DNA of 64,000 nt from Thermoplasmatales archaeon (GCA_027343225.1 DAHWMK010000022.1:6849-70848); one strand, 5' to 3'; shown: positions 19,419-30,528, numbered from the stretch's first letter. Notes: generated by a model from the letters alone, not told the origin. Numbers and translations: made by a program.

Positions 19419-20165
19419 ATGACTAAAGGTTTGAAAGAGATGACCGTCATTGTTACGGGAGGGAATAGGGGTATAGGCAGATCAATAGCAATGAAACTAT
19501 CCGAATCCGGTTACAATATATTTTTTACGTACCACAAAGGGACCAAGGAAGCAATATCTACAGAAGAAGAGATACGCAAATTCGGAGTTAGGGTAACGGG
19601 CCACCAGGTGGATCTAACTTCAACGGAAGGGATTGAGGAACTATCAAAACAAGTCAGGGAGAGTAATCAACGCATCTTTGCACTTGTGAACAACGCGGGG
19701 ATCTATGAAGGGAAAAGGCTTAGAGAAATTACGGATGAAGACTGGGAAAGAACGATTGACTTGAATCTATCTGCTCCTTTCTACCTTACAAGGAATCTTC
19801 AGGATATAATAGAGGATAACGGTTCCATTGTAAACATCTCTTCTGTGTATGGTTTTAGGGCAGATCCGTGGGCCCATGGTTATCAGGCATCAAAGGCCGC
19901 AATCATTCACCTGACCAGGGGACTCGCAAAGGAACTTGCCCCCAGAATCAGGGTTAATTGTGTAGCACCAGGTTACATCAGGACAGACATGAACAGGGAT
20001 GGTTGGAAGAACGAAGCAATCTACAACAAGATAAAGAGGATAACACCAATGTCCAGATGGGGAGAGCCGGAGGATATTGCAAACGCAGTTAAGTTCCTAA
20101 TAGACCCTGCCAACAGTTTCATAACGGGTGAGACTCTGGTTGTAGATGGTGGAATAGGATTGTAG
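19419..20165 (+). CDS. Short-chain dehydrogenase/reductase (FabG-like)
   Basis: TGGNRGIG cofactor motif, NNAG, and catalytic S...YxxxK (YQASKAA). 248 aa; an alternative start at 19440 is possible. Confidence 0.88.
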   Translation: MTKGLKEMTVIVTGGNRGIGRSIAMKLSESGYNIFFTYHKGTKEAISTEEEIRKFGVRVTGHQVDLTSTEGIEELSKQVRESNQRIFALVNNAGIYEGKRLREITDEDWERTIDLNLSAPFYLTRNLQDIIEDNGSIVNISSVYGFRADPWAHGYQASKAAIIHLTRGLAKELAPRIRVNCVAPGYIRTDMNRDGWKNEAIYNKIKRITPMSRWGEPEDIANAVKFLIDPANSFITGETLVVDGGIGL

Positions 20166-20303
20166 GAATCTCGTGAAATTTCATCTTATGATTACAGTAT
20201 TTTTGAGCAAGACAAGGTTCGAGCCGCAACACCGAACAAGACTCATTGAATCCATATTGCCTCAAATGTAATATTGGTGTGTAACTCAATTCATCCATGG
20301 TAA

Positions 20304-21227
20304 CTATCTTGTAAGCAGCTGGGTAGGCATCACCATGGAAACTCCATAGTTCGGTTCATCCACAATTTCACTTATCCTTAGATTTCCTGCTACGCTGCAG
20401 AGAACGTATGCCTCTTCCTCGCTAAAACCTCTTTCTGCCATCGATGCGATCATTTCTTCTACAGCTTCTTTGGCTCCTCTCAGTAAGTCAGGTGAGAAGC
20501 TCTGTGTCACAAGCACTTCCCCAAGTCCATAGTCTCTGCTCTCGATCCTAGGATATTTAACTTTCCTGTTTTTGATGACGTTAACTGAGACCGAGACAGA
20601 AGCTGAAGTTTCAACTGCCGTACCACATACTTCTCCATCTCCCTGCGCTGCGTGAGGATCTGCGAAGGAAAGCAGTCCCCCTTCTCTGTTCACGGGGAGA
20701 TACAATTTTGATCCCTCACATACCAGCCTGTTGTCCATATTTCCTCCAAAGGGCTGAGGGGGTATCATAGGGAATTCTCCCTTTTTAGGTGCAGTTCCTA
20801 CAACACCTAAAAAAGGTTTCGATGGAATTCTGACGCCTTCGAGAAATCCCTTCCTAGCAGAGGTCACGTATCGATTAGCAACTTTCCATAGTATCAATTT
20901 CTCGTCGAACTTTCCCTTCAACAATCCAAAATCCTTCAGGATCGCGCTCCATCCCCAGTTAGCAGTTTCAATCTTTGATATTTTTACCTCGAGCAGATCT
21001 CCTGGCATTGCTTCTTCTACATATATCGGCCCAACAGCCATGTCAAATTTAGAGCTATCGAGGGTCTTTAAATCTCCATCGCTGAAATTCTCCTTAATCT
21101 GTTTCGTGGATGAATCCGGGATTTCCACTCTGAAGGTTTCCTGAATAGTCACATTTTCTATTGGCTGGACATCTCCACTCCACCTTGACTGAAGATTCGA
21201 GTCATTCCAACCGTCAATTACTTTCAA
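20304..21227 (-). CDS. Acetamidase/formamidase family amidohydrolase
   Basis: GPIYVEEAMPGDLLEV, GGNMDNR and PHAAQGDGEVCGTAVE are hallmark motifs of the FmdA/AmdA family. Confidence 0.85.
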   Translation of the reverse strand: MKVIDGWNDSNLQSRWSGDVQPIENVTIQETFRVEIPDSSTKQIKENFSDGDLKTLDSSKFDMAVGPIYVEEAMPGDLLEVKISKIETANWGWSAILKDFGLLKGKFDEKLILWKVANRYVTSARKGFLEGVRIPSKPFLGVVGTAPKKGEFPMIPPQPFGGNMDNRLVCEGSKLYLPVNREGGLLSFADPHAAQGDGEVCGTAVETSASVSVSVNVIKNRKVKYPRIESRDYGLGEVLVTQSFSPDLLRGAKEAVEEMIASMAERGFSEEEAYVLCSVAGNLRISEIVDEPNYGVSMVMPTQLLTR

Positions 21228-21620
21228 ACTTCCTCTCCTTCTTCAAGAACGACCTTGATTCCTTTCTTTACTCCATAGCGTATAGCGCTGGATAAGAAGT
21301 AACTAAAATGAGCTTTAATAAGTCAATAGCATTCTCCTTTAGTTGTTTACCATCTGAGACCATATCGATTGGATAATTGTAACCATATAATAATATTGCC
21401 ATATCCATGCTTAAAATGCGCTTGGTTAAAGAAATCAGCATGGACACTATCGACTTGGGAAATTTAACTACTGACAGAAAGGCAGATTCATATGACACTC
21501 GATAAAGATTAGGTACGATAGTCTCGTAAAGTTCAGTTCGTTTGCTAATAAGAAATGGAATTCCAAAGAACTCAGAAATTCTATTTATTTGAGTACATGC
21601 TCTCGAATTAGATATAAAAG

Positions 21621-22358
21621 GTGCATAGGATAATGGAAACATTTGCTCCACCCTCGATTGAAATGAACGGCGTTTCTAAGGATTACGGGAATGTTCATGC
21701 CCTAAGAAACCTCAGTTTTAAGCTGGACCCTGGAGAGAGATGTGCGCTGCTTGGACCTAATGGGGCAGGAAAAACCACCACGCTCAAAATACTAGTAGGG
21801 TTACTGACTCCCACGTCTGGAGACGCTAAAATCGGAAACTTTGCTCCCTCCTCTGAGGGAGCTAGAAGAATGATGGGTTATCTGCCAGACGACGCATCCC
21901 CGTACAGATCCTTCAGCGTTCGTGAAAACATGGAATACATAGGAGCTCTGCGGGGAGTGGATGACGTTTCAGATAAGGTCGATAGTTTACTCGACTCACT
22001 CCAGTTGAGAGAATATGAAAGGGCCAAGGTAGGCAGGCTCTCCAGAGGTAACGTTCAAAAACTTGCAATGGCTCTCACCATTATTCACAGACCCTCTGTC
22101 CTCCTGCTGGACGAGCCGTTGAACTATCTTGACATTCCAACGCAGGAGACTGTAATAGATCATCTCAAGAGTATGAATTCAACCCAGCTAGTTTCGACTC
22201 ACATAATGGAGGTGGCCAAGAGGCTTACCGATAGGGTTATCATGATATCTCACGGCTCGGTAGTATGGTCAGGTACTCTTAACGATCTCAAGAAAATGGG
22301 AAAAGATGATGAGCCCATAGAAAAAGTGGTTGCAAGGATGTTGACTGATGTTCTCTAA
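21621..22358 (+). CDS. ABC transporter ATP-binding protein
   Basis: Walker [10 protein letters not shown], signature LSRGNVQKL, Walker B LLLDEP. The likely true start is the inner ATG at 21633 ([11 protein letters not shown]...). Confidence 0.9.
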   Translation: MHRIMETFAPPSIEMNGVSKDYGNVHALRNLSFKLDPGERCALLGPNGAGKTTTLKILVGLLTPTSGDAKIGNFAPSSEGARRMMGYLPDDASPYRSFSVRENMEYIGALRGVDDVSDKVDSLLDSLQLREYERAKVGRLSRGNVQKLAMALTIIHRPSVLLLDEPLNYLDIPTQETVIDHLKSMNSTQLVSTHIMEVAKRLTDRVIMISHGSVVWSGTLNDLKKMGKDDEPIEKVVARMLTDVL

Positions 22359-23772
22359 ACTACTTAAGTTTGTAATTCTTTCGAGATTTTCGAAGCAGTT
22401 ACTCGCCCTTATGATAGTTCTGCTCGCCTGGGCCCTATTCATTAGTTTTGAAACTGGCTCCTCTTCTAATGTTTACTACTATTATGGTCCTGCGTTTCTA
22501 GCATTCTTTCTAGTACTCCCGATAATGAGCGGGGGTATTGCCGTCCTAAAGTCTGACAGGGACTTCCTGTTTACTCTTCCACTGAAGAGATCCGAACTGG
22601 CTTTCTCTCTGTTTGTCGTTCAACTGCTAAGTTTCGGTCTTATCGTAATATACGTCGTAGCATACTCACTTTCAAGCCTCAGGCCGGTCTTCGGTTATGC
22701 CTTAGTTGATTTCTTGGCGCTGATACTGGCGGTGACTTCACTGGGACCGATCACCTATTCCTTAAGACTTGGTTGGAGGGTACTACTCGCATCCACTCTT
22801 GCAGTATGGGCACTTTCTCCCCTTCTGGGTTTCCCATACTCTCCCACGGCTCTGTACTCGGGCCATCCGTTATACGCTGTCATAACTTCGATAGTTCTGG
22901 CAGTCGTCACTGTTCCTTTAGCCTTCAGGTCTCTGTCGAGAGTCGATCTCGACCTTATGAAGACATTTACGAGATATACTTCGAGTGAGGTCAAACACGT
23001 GAGGAAGTTTAGTGGAATGTCTCCAATGAAGGCCATGCTTGCAGAGAATTTCTTCATTGTAGAAGTTTCTGGAAGAATGAACTCAATGGGAGGAGGCGGG
23101 TCTTATCGGTCTGGAAGGTTCAAACTTTCTAAGGGAATTCTGGCGACTGCAGTAATTGCAGCGCTGTACTATTATCTCTTTGCCTATAGACTTGACCTCT
23201 CTTTGCACAATGAAGAAATCGCTATTCTGATCTTTTCCATCTATTCGGTAATCTTCATCATGTTCTTCACGATGGGTGTACTTGGAAACGAGAGACTCTG
23301 GCTAGGGTTTATGACCCGAAATCCAACACGCTACCTGAGGGACCTATTAGCTGTTAAATCACTTTCACTTTCGGCTCTCCTCTCTCCCATTGCAGTCGCG
23401 AATTTTCTCTTGGCGATTAGAGGTGACGAACAGGCATTAAATTTTGGTCTGTTTTTGCTGATAGTCATCCCATCTCTGTTGATCATAGTGGTCTACTTGT
23501 CAGCATTCCTCTATCCTTTCCAAATTAAGGAAGATATTTCCATGCCAGGGCAGTTCAACCTCAGACAGATGGGTACGCTTCTGCCTGCATTGCCAGCCTG
23601 GTTCTTAGTTGCATTATCGTTCGGTGCTCTTGAGGGCGGGATGAAGCTCCTTGCACTGATCGTGACAATCATCACCGTCGTATCAATATGCGGAACGGCA
23701 CTCGCACTTATCTACAGCAAATCAATTGGCAAAAAGGTTATAGACAGACTTGTAACTGCCGGATTTATCTGA
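22348..23772 (+). CDS. ABC-associated polytopic membrane protein (putative permease), unclassified
   Basis: 474 aa with about 12 hydrophobic segments. It overlaps the ATPase gene by 11 nt, which suggests translational coupling. No recognisable permease family motif. Confidence 0.6.
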   Translation: MFSKLLKFVILSRFSKQLLALMIVLLAWALFISFETGSSSNVYYYYGPAFLAFFLVLPIMSGGIAVLKSDRDFLFTLPLKRSELAFSLFVVQLLSFGLIVIYVVAYSLSSLRPVFGYALVDFLALILAVTSLGPITYSLRLGWRVLLASTLAVWALSPLLGFPYSPTALYSGHPLYAVITSIVLAVVTVPLAFRSLSRVDLDLMKTFTRYTSSEVKHVRKFSGMSPMKAMLAENFFIVEVSGRMNSMGGGGSYRSGRFKLSKGILATAVIAALYYYLFAYRLDLSLHNEEIAILIFSIYSVIFIMFFTMGVLGNERLWLGFMTRNPTRYLRDLLAVKSLSLSALLSPIAVANFLLAIRGDEQALNFGLFLLIVIPSLLIIVVYLSAFLYPFQIKEDISMPGQFNLRQMGTLLPALPAWFLVALSFGALEGGMKLLALIVTIITVVSICGTALALIYSKSIGKKVIDRLVTAGFI

Positions 23773-24042
23773 TTCGCAAGACACCGTGAAATTTGAAAGG
23801 TTGAGCAAAAGTCGATATCTGTCGATTGAACTTCAATATTTCAATGGTGTTCGAGTTAAGTAGTTAAGGCATAGAAATGATATCAGACATTTGTGAATTC
23901 CAAAGTAATTTTCAAATTTTGAGTCTGAAGAAGCAAGTAATGTCGCCTAACCGTATAAAGATGGAAATTAGATCAAGAAATTTGAGCGAAATTGTAGCAC
24001 AAGGCCTGTAAATGTTTTTAGAAATGTTTACTATTCAAAATC

Positions 24043-25224
24043 ATGGAACGGTATGAAGGGGTCAAAGATTATGATTATTGGAAATTGGCTCTAAAGGTCT
24101 ATGAATTTAGTGAGATCGGCAGCAAGGAATTTGCATCTTCCAGACTTCTGATGGATGTATTACAGTCCCACGGATTTAAGGTTATCGAGAAGTTCATGGA
24201 TATACCTACGGCCTTTAGGGCAGAGAAAGTGGTTGGTAACGGCAACCCTTCGATTGCATTTTTGGCAGAGTACGATGCGCTTCCAGGCATCGGTCATGCT
24301 TGCGGACATAATCTCATAGCTTCATCAGCTATTTTCTCAGCCATTAGAGCATCAGAGAAGATTAGAAATGGAACAATTACCGTTTTTGGAACTCCTGATG
24401 AGGAAGGTTCTGGAGAATGGTCAGGATCCAAGATAATAATGACGGAACGCGGGGCTTTCAAAAACATAGACCTGGTCCTAGGGTCGCATCCCGGCGACCA
24501 ATGGAATGTTGGAACTCAATCCCTAGCAGTACAAGATTTCGAGGTAACTTTCAGGGGAAAGGCAGCACACGAAGCCGCTAGTCCAGACAGGGGAAGAAGT
24601 GCTCTAGATGCAGCAGTTCTAACTTATAGTGCTGTCAACATGATGCGCCAGCACGTCAGAAGGGATGCGAATTTCGTAATGCACGGCATAATTAAGGAAG
24701 GAGGGACAGCATCCAACGTGACCCCGGAAAGGGCGGTACTGACTTATGGAATAAGGTCGACTGATCTGAGATATCACGAAGAACTGGTCGGGAGATTTAT
24801 GAAGATAGTAGAGGGTTGTGCAATAGCTACTGAAACCACCTATTCAGTCAAGAAGCTCGGACCATTATTCTCTACCACAAGAATAAATAAAGTGCTGTCG
24901 AGTACAATCAGAGACAAACTCGTTGGAAAGGGAATAGATTGTCCTACCTTGGAAGATACTTACAACGAGCTACCAAAGGGGTCTACTGATTTTGCGAATG
25001 TCACACAGGTCGTGCCAGCCCTAGAAGTGGGATTTAAGATTGCCAGAGAGGGAACCCCGTGGCATTCCAGGGAGTCTCTGGAAGCGGCAAAGAGCACGAT
25101 GGCAAAAGAAGCTCTGCTCATTATGATTGAGGTTCTAAGCGATACGGCAAAGGATTTCACAGAGGACAGTGAACTCAGAGCTAGAATAACGGATGAATTC
25201 AGAAGAAGTAGCAACAGGAGATGA
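24043..25224 (+). CDS. M20D-family amidohydrolase (AbgB / aminoacylase-like)
   Basis: LAEYDALPGIGHACGHNLI, TPDEEG and HEAASP motifs of M20 metallo-amidohydrolases. Confidence 0.8.
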   Translation: MERYEGVKDYDYWKLALKVYEFSEIGSKEFASSRLLMDVLQSHGFKVIEKFMDIPTAFRAEKVVGNGNPSIAFLAEYDALPGIGHACGHNLIASSAIFSAIRASEKIRNGTITVFGTPDEEGSGEWSGSKIIMTERGAFKNIDLVLGSHPGDQWNVGTQSLAVQDFEVTFRGKAAHEAASPDRGRSALDAAVLTYSAVNMMRQHVRRDANFVMHGIIKEGGTASNVTPERAVLTYGIRSTDLRYHEELVGRFMKIVEGCAIATETTYSVKKLGPLFSTTRINKVLSSTIRDKLVGKGIDCPTLEDTYNELPKGSTDFANVTQVVPALEVGFKIAREGTPWHSRESLEAAKSTMAKEALLIMIEVLSDTAKDFTEDSELRARITDEFRRSSNRR

Positions 25225-25346
25225 CTCGGTCCTAGTCTAGACCAAATTTTGCCACCAGTTTCCTCTGGAATGAGGAGCTAAAGGACCAGGTCTGGCTCAG
25301 AAATCTTAATACCTCGCACCCATTCCTTCATCCCGGGGTTAGTAAA

Positions 25347-27191
25347 ATGGCAAAAGAACACGACCACACTGTTGCTGACTACCTGAAATCCAGATACGCA
25401 GTTGACTTAGATTTAAGCAATGACGGAAAAAGAGTTGCATTTACCATTTCTGGAGTGTTCAAGAATTTCAAGGAAGAAACCATAACCGAAGTATCAGTAG
25501 TTTCAACTAAGGGACAAAATCTGATTAAGTTCTCACAACAAGGCTGGAGCAACTTCAGCCCAAAATTTAGTCCATCTGGAAAAGTCCTTGCCTATCTGTC
25601 CAAGAAGGACGAGGATTATCGTTTAATGATACACAATTTTACGAACAACTCGGGTCAGGAAATAGTCATAGAAGGAGCAGCAGAAGATCTTCAGTGGATC
25701 GATGAGGAGTCTCTTCTCGTTCTGATAAAGGATAAGGACCCACTAAAAGAGGAAAAGAAGGAGGGGAATGATGGCTTCTTCTTTGAAGAAGAACCGAAGT
25801 TCGACTCGCTATGGAAATATGATCTGAGATCAGGATTTCAAAGGATAACAAATGGGATTCAAGTGTGGGAGTTCAATGTCAGCGGAGATTTAGTCGCAGC
25901 TATAACATCCTCACTTCCCTACGAGTGGTCCTGGTACGAATCCGTTGTCTCTCTGGTCAGTTTGAAGGACAGAAAGGTCAAAAAGATTTATTCAAAAAAA
26001 GAGAGGCAGGTTGCAAAACCTAGACTATCTCCCGACAACACGCACCTGGTTTTCCTAGAGTCTCTCTGGAGTGACAGAGGAGTAAATTCAGGAGATATCA
26101 TCAGGATGGATTTGAGGAATCTAAAGGCAATGAACCTGACAGAAGGAGACGAGGAGAGTTATTCAGAGATGAGATGGAAAAACGAAAAAGAATTCTATGC
26201 CCTATCCAACAGGGAAGGTACATTTTCAATATCCATATTCAGGGGTGAAAAGAGAGATGTTCTTTGGTCAAGGTATGGCACCGTTTACAGGTCGTGGTCA
26301 CCTTCGTTCTCTGTTTCAAATGGATATGCTGTTTTATCGTACGAGAGTGCGAAACAACCAAACGAGGTCTTCCTTATTGATCTAGCTACAAAGAAGGATA
26401 AAGCGATCACAGGAATCAACAAGCAACTGGAAGGATGCAGGAGTTACGATTCAGAGAAGGTGACATGGAAGTCCAAAGATGGACTTGAGATATGGGGAAT
26501 ATTCAGATCCGCAGGGAAGAATGCGCCGCTGATGGTGGTGGTGCATGGGGGTCCAACGGGATCTTCTTTAGATTCGTTCATAGGAAATCAAACACTTTTC
26601 CTTTCTCAAGGTTATTCAGTATTTTTGCCTAACTACAGAGGAAGCATCGGCAGGGGAAGAAAGTACGCGGAATTGAACCTAGGAGACATGGGAGGAATGG
26701 ATTTACAGGACATCCTCTCTGGCATAGACTACCTTGTAGAGAAGAAGGGAGTGAATAAGAAAGATGTCTATATAACCGGAGGATCGTACGGGGGGTTCAT
26801 GTCAGCCTGGGCGATAACTCAAACAGACAGATTCAAGGGGTCCATTTCACTCTTTGGCATTTCTGACTGGGTCAGTTTCCACGGAGTAAGCAACCTTCCG
26901 GCATGGGACAGAATACACTACAATCAGGATCCATACAAATTTGACAGGTTCATAAAATTCTCACCGCTCTGGCATGCGGAAAAGGTCAAAACTCCAGTCC
27001 TTCTTGCCCACGGCATCGAAGACCCATACGTACCGGTGAGTCAATATTACCAATTCTTCAGGGCACTGAAGGACAAGAGAAAGGATGTAAGGCTCCTTCT
27101 ATTTCCAAGAGAGGGTCACGGGTTCAAGGAAAGAAAGCACATAGAACAGTTTTACAGGGAGATGTTTGAGTGGCTCGAGGAGCACAGGTAA
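25347..27191 (+). CDS. S9-family serine peptidase (acylaminoacyl-peptidase / prolyl oligopeptidase-like)
   Basis: An N-terminal beta-propeller-like region is followed by a C-terminal alpha/beta hydrolase. It carries the nucleophile elbow GGSYGGFMS, an Asp in HGIEDPYVP and a His in EGHGF. Confidence 0.88.
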   Translation: MAKEHDHTVADYLKSRYAVDLDLSNDGKRVAFTISGVFKNFKEETITEVSVVSTKGQNLIKFSQQGWSNFSPKFSPSGKVLAYLSKKDEDYRLMIHNFTNNSGQEIVIEGAAEDLQWIDEESLLVLIKDKDPLKEEKKEGNDGFFFEEEPKFDSLWKYDLRSGFQRITNGIQVWEFNVSGDLVAAITSSLPYEWSWYESVVSLVSLKDRKVKKIYSKKERQVAKPRLSPDNTHLVFLESLWSDRGVNSGDIIRMDLRNLKAMNLTEGDEESYSEMRWKNEKEFYALSNREGTFSISIFRGEKRDVLWSRYGTVYRSWSPSFSVSNGYAVLSYESAKQPNEVFLIDLATKKDKAITGINKQLEGCRSYDSEKVTWKSKDGLEIWGIFRSAGKNAPLMVVVHGGPTGSSLDSFIGNQTLFLSQGYSVFLPNYRGSIGRGRKYAELNLGDMGGMDLQDILSGIDYLVEKKGVNKKDVYITGGSYGGFMSAWAITQTDRFKGSISLFGISDWVSFHGVSNLPAWDRIHYNQDPYKFDRFIKFSPLWHAEKVKTPVLLAHGIEDPYVPVSQYYQFFRALKDKRKDVRLLLFPREGHGFKERKHIEQFYREMFEWLEEHR

Positions 27192-27255
27192 ATTAAGATA
27201 ATACGCCCCCTTCGGCAACGACTTGATTTGAGTAAGCTCACCGAAGCGTCAGCCA

Positions 27256-27894
27256 CTAAATACGATTCCTTTCATCAATGAATGCCTTGATATGTTCAGG
27301 GTATTCCGGCGAAGAGGCAAACGATGGAGCTGAAAATCTCGTTGAGATGGGGATCACCCCAGACCATATTTCTGGATTTTTCCGAAGCTCTGAAGGGCCT
27401 CCTTCCCTCACCTTTATTGAGAATTGATCAATTCTCACCTTAAAAACCGCGACACCTGACAGTTCGTCCTTGCTGGGTAGCTCAGAATTCTCTTTCCTTC
27501 CAGGCATAAGGTGGTCTATCCACTCCTTGAAGTATGCCATCTTTTCTTCGTCTGAAACGAGTTCTACTGGTTTTCCAAATATAATTGCAGACCTGTAGTT
27601 CATTGAATTGTCAGCCAAACCTTTCGCAATGACCAGGCCATTTAGCTCGAGTACAGAAATTGCCACTGGGCCTCCATTTTTAAGAGTTTTGCTTATCCTT
27701 GCCACAGGACTGCAGTGTATGAAGATGAATTCCTTGTTGTTGTAATAGGACATAGGTATGATGAACGGTTGGCCTTCTACCTGGAATGCAACCTGACAGA
27801 CCAACCCATTTCCCAGAATATCAAGCAATAACTCCCTGTCGTAATTCCCCCTTTCCGGATGTCTCTTGACCTTTGCAAAGTTCGAGGAAACCAT
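27256..27894 (-). CDS. Pyridoxamine 5'-phosphate oxidase-like FMN-binding family protein (paralog 2)
   Basis: MVSSNFAKVKRHPERGNYDRELLLDILGNGLVCQVAFQVEGQPFIIPMSYY... is collinear with 11451..12095. The start is chosen at the inner ATG 27894 by alignment with the paralog; the listed ORF extends to 27942. Confidence 0.7.
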   Translation of the reverse strand: MVSSNFAKVKRHPERGNYDRELLLDILGNGLVCQVAFQVEGQPFIIPMSYYNNKEFIFIHCSPVARISKTLKNGGPVAISVLELNGLVIAKGLADNSMNYRSAIIFGKPVELVSDEEKMAYFKEWIDHLMPGRKENSELPSKDELSGVAVFKVRIDQFSIKVREGGPSELRKNPEIWSGVIPISTRFSAPSFASSPEYPEHIKAFIDERNRI

Positions 27895-27975
27895 AAGACT
27901 CCAGTAAATGAAACTAAAAGTGTTTTGCGAGACGGATATCACTATTTTTCCATGACTAGGACACCCTAAACGAGA

Positions 27976-28947
27976 TCAAATGCCGATCTTAGCCCGATCA
28001 AGGTACAGAGCCTCTTCCCTTTTCACTATGTTGTTTGGTTTAGTACCATCCATAAATCGCCTTACGTTTTCGAACGCATGTCTAAAGGCAAATTCCATGA
28101 CTTCTCCCGACAGTCCACCAGCAATGTGTGGGGTAATCACAATGTTTTCATTTTCTGAGTCATCCAAGCTAGGTTCCCCCCACCAGACATCAGTCAAGTA
28201 CGAAGCATCGCTATTCTTCTGTACAAATTTTAGGAGCGGCTCCTTCCTAACAATCTCAGGTCGAGCAACGTTGACAATAGTGCAGTTTCTCTTGACCTTC
28301 TTTAGTTGTTCTTCTCCGATTAAACCCATGGTGCTACTGGTCAGTGGTATCGAAATGAGTATAAAGTCCGATTCTGTCAGAAGTAGATTGAGTCCATCCA
28401 TCCCTGTTATTTCGTCAGCGTTTTCGTCCCTGTACCCCCTACCAACCGCTATAACCTTCATTCCAAAGGACTTAGCTAACAAAGCCGCCCTACTCCCTAT
28501 CCCGCCGTATCCTATAATTCCGAGCGTTTTTCCATATAACAACTTGGTCGGACTAGGGTTATAGATCCCATTCCTAGTTTCGGCCTCGAATATCGAAATT
28601 CGCTTGGATCGCTCCAGTATCAATGCGAATGCATGTTCGGCAACAGAAATAGAGTATGCTCCCGCATTGCTAGCTATGACGGTTTCTTTGGGAATGTTGC
28701 TAAAGTCTATGTGATCTGTCCCTGCACTAACTGTCTGGATGAACTTGAATTTCCTATCTCTAGGAAAATCATTTCCCCTTATGAGAATAATTTCAGCCTT
28801 CCCCTCATCTGGGAACCATATGATGTTCTCACTCCCAACTATCTCGCGACCTATTTTCTTATATTTTTCTTCCAGTTCGAATGGGACAAAGAGTTTCATG
28901 ACTGGAGAATTAGATAAACTTAATAGGGGTTTTCTCCAGTCGTTCAT
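27976..28947 (-). CDS. D-isomer-specific 2-hydroxyacid dehydrogenase family (glyoxylate reductase / phosphoglycerate dehydrogenase-like)
   Basis: NAD motif GIIGYGGIGSR, and catalytic-region NVARPEIV...PHIAG typical of this family. Confidence 0.85.
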   Translation of the reverse strand: MNDWRKPLLSLSNSPVMKLFVPFELEEKYKKIGREIVGSENIIWFPDEGKAEIILIRGNDFPRDRKFKFIQTVSAGTDHIDFSNIPKETVIASNAGAYSISVAEHAFALILERSKRISIFEAETRNGIYNPSPTKLLYGKTLGIIGYGGIGSRAALLAKSFGMKVIAVGRGYRDENADEITGMDGLNLLLTESDFILISIPLTSSTMGLIGEEQLKKVKRNCTIVNVARPEIVRKEPLLKFVQKNSDASYLTDVWWGEPSLDDSENENIVITPHIAGGLSGEVMEFAFRHAFENVRRFMDGTKPNNIVKREEALYLDRAKIGI

Positions 28948-28963
28948 TATTTGAAATCTTAAC

Positions 28964-29857
28964 TCAGAAAGTGCTGAAACTCGGACTCTTATCTCTTACA
29001 AACGTGCCTTTCTGTAGGTCTTTAAAGGAATCTTCGATTTCCTTCCAGTCATTCATCACGATAGGGCCGTACCAGCTGATCTTGTCGTCGGTCCTTCTTC
29101 CCGCTATGTAGATGTATCTGTGTTTCTTGCTTCCTTCTATATTTATGACGCCATTCTTTGGTCCAAAAACCGCCACCTCCAGTTTGTTCAGAGGCATACC
29201 GTTTGCCAAGAGATTTCCTTCCATCGGAATAACCAACGAAGTGAATCCATCAGGCTTAGGTATCTCCAAATATCCACCATCAGACGTAACGTCGAAATAA
29301 CTGACATCAAGACTGTGTTTTTCCATCGATGGGTTGTCTCTTCCCAGTATGCTACCAGAGATCACTTTTATCTCGTTTCTTTCAGACTGTAGTTTGTTAA
29401 GATGATTTACGTCAATTCCCCTGTAAGTGGGTTTAGAGAATTTATCCGCTTTCCTCAGATTCAGCCAGAGCTGAAATCCGAGCATTTCCTTATCCTGACC
29501 GTAAGAGGTTGGCATCTCCTGATGAAATATTCCACTACCTGCAGTCATCCATTGTATCTCCCCGGGGTGAATTACACCCTTGTTACCTAAACTGTCTTCG
29601 TGTTCAACTTTCCCCTTCAGCAGGTAGGTTAGAGTCTCTATCCCTCGATGAGGATGCCAAGGAAATCCCATTTCGTAATCCTCTGGTCGATCCGAACCAA
29701 AATAGTCCAACAGTAGAAATGGATCAGTATACTCAAACGTATCAGGAGAACCAAACAATCTAGATATTTTCACCCCGGCTCCGTCTCTAACGTCCTTTCC
29801 TCGAAATATCATAGTGGGAGTTAGGGTGTTCCCTCTGTCTTTCAAATCTCTGGTCAT
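28964..29857 (-). CDS. Pirin family protein (bicupin)
   Basis: GFPWHPHRGIETLTYLLKGKVEHEDSLGN...IQWMTAGSGIFHQE is the canonical pirin metal-binding cupin motif. Confidence 0.9.
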   Translation of the reverse strand: MTRDLKDRGNTLTPTMIFRGKDVRDGAGVKISRLFGSPDTFEYTDPFLLLDYFGSDRPEDYEMGFPWHPHRGIETLTYLLKGKVEHEDSLGNKGVIHPGEIQWMTAGSGIFHQEMPTSYGQDKEMLGFQLWLNLRKADKFSKPTYRGIDVNHLNKLQSERNEIKVISGSILGRDNPSMEKHSLDVSYFDVTSDGGYLEIPKPDGFTSLVIPMEGNLLANGMPLNKLEVAVFGPKNGVINIEGSKKHRYIYIAGRRTDDKISWYGPIVMNDWKEIEDSFKDLQKGTFVRDKSPSFSTF

Positions 29858-29874
29858 TGAATTGGATTGAATAT

Positions 29875-29893
29875 AAGTATTTAAAAAATACTT
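29875..29893. promoter_or_regulatory. Perfect palindrome AAGTATTT-AAA-AAATACTT overlapping the TATA-like region upstream of the pirin gene
   Basis: 8-bp arms with a 3-nt spacer, 18-36 nt upstream of the pirin ATG (29857, minus strand). Confidence 0.3.
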
Positions 29894-30218
29894 AGTAAAT
29901 CATGAGAAGTAATTTCACGGATATGGAAGTTCACACTAATGCAAGAAGCTCTTTAATCTTCAGGAATTGGAGGGGGTTTCTCTCTACCGTTTCTTACCAA
30001 AGAAGCAAGAGAGAGTTCTCATAATTCTCGGCAGTTTCTTGTTTACCATCACAAGACTCCTTCGTAAGCCCCGTAATCTCACAGTAGGGATCGCGAAAAC
30101 CATAAATTACCAGTTCCCAACAGTTAGGATCAGGGGTATTTGATTTCTTAGATCGAAATCACCGGATAGCTTCAAGAGGCAGAATAAGGATGTTATATTC
30201 GAAGCTCATTGAATTATA

Positions 30219-30482
30219 ATGGAAGAATACGAAACTGTAGATAAGAAAGGGATTATTGAGAAACGAGTATACATAGACTCAGGTAGGTTCGTTATCTATG
30301 GCTACGAAAGAGGGGGGAAGCTATCCAACAAGTCTAGAATCATGCTTAGCGGGAAGGAAAAGAAATCCTTCTTCCTGATAAGCACAGGTAAAGGAAGAAA
30401 CTTGACGGTAGATGCAGAATTTGAAGCTGACATTAGAATTCTAAAGGAAGGGATATCAACTAAATTATCAGATCTTCTTTGA
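30219..30482 (+). CDS. Hypothetical small protein (87 aa)
   Basis: Isolated ORF with mildly coding-like, Lys/Glu-rich composition and no motifs. Confidence 0.35.
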   Translation: MEEYETVDKKGIIEKRVYIDSGRFVIYGYERGGKLSNKSRIMLSGKEKKSFFLISTGKGRNLTVDAEFEADIRILKEGISTKLSDLL

Positions 30483-30528
30483 AGCAAGATTTTCACTCAT
30501 TGTGAGACGGATCGACGAAAAGCCTAGA

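Noticed and set aside
21268-21651. 127-aa minus-strand ORF between the formamidase gene and the ABC ATPase gene
   Set aside because: It overlaps the divergent ABC start by 19-31 nt. It lies in the AT-rich divergent promoter region, has an Ile/Leu/Ser/Tyr-rich low-complexity composition and has no motif. It is most likely a chance ORF, though I cannot exclude a real small protein.
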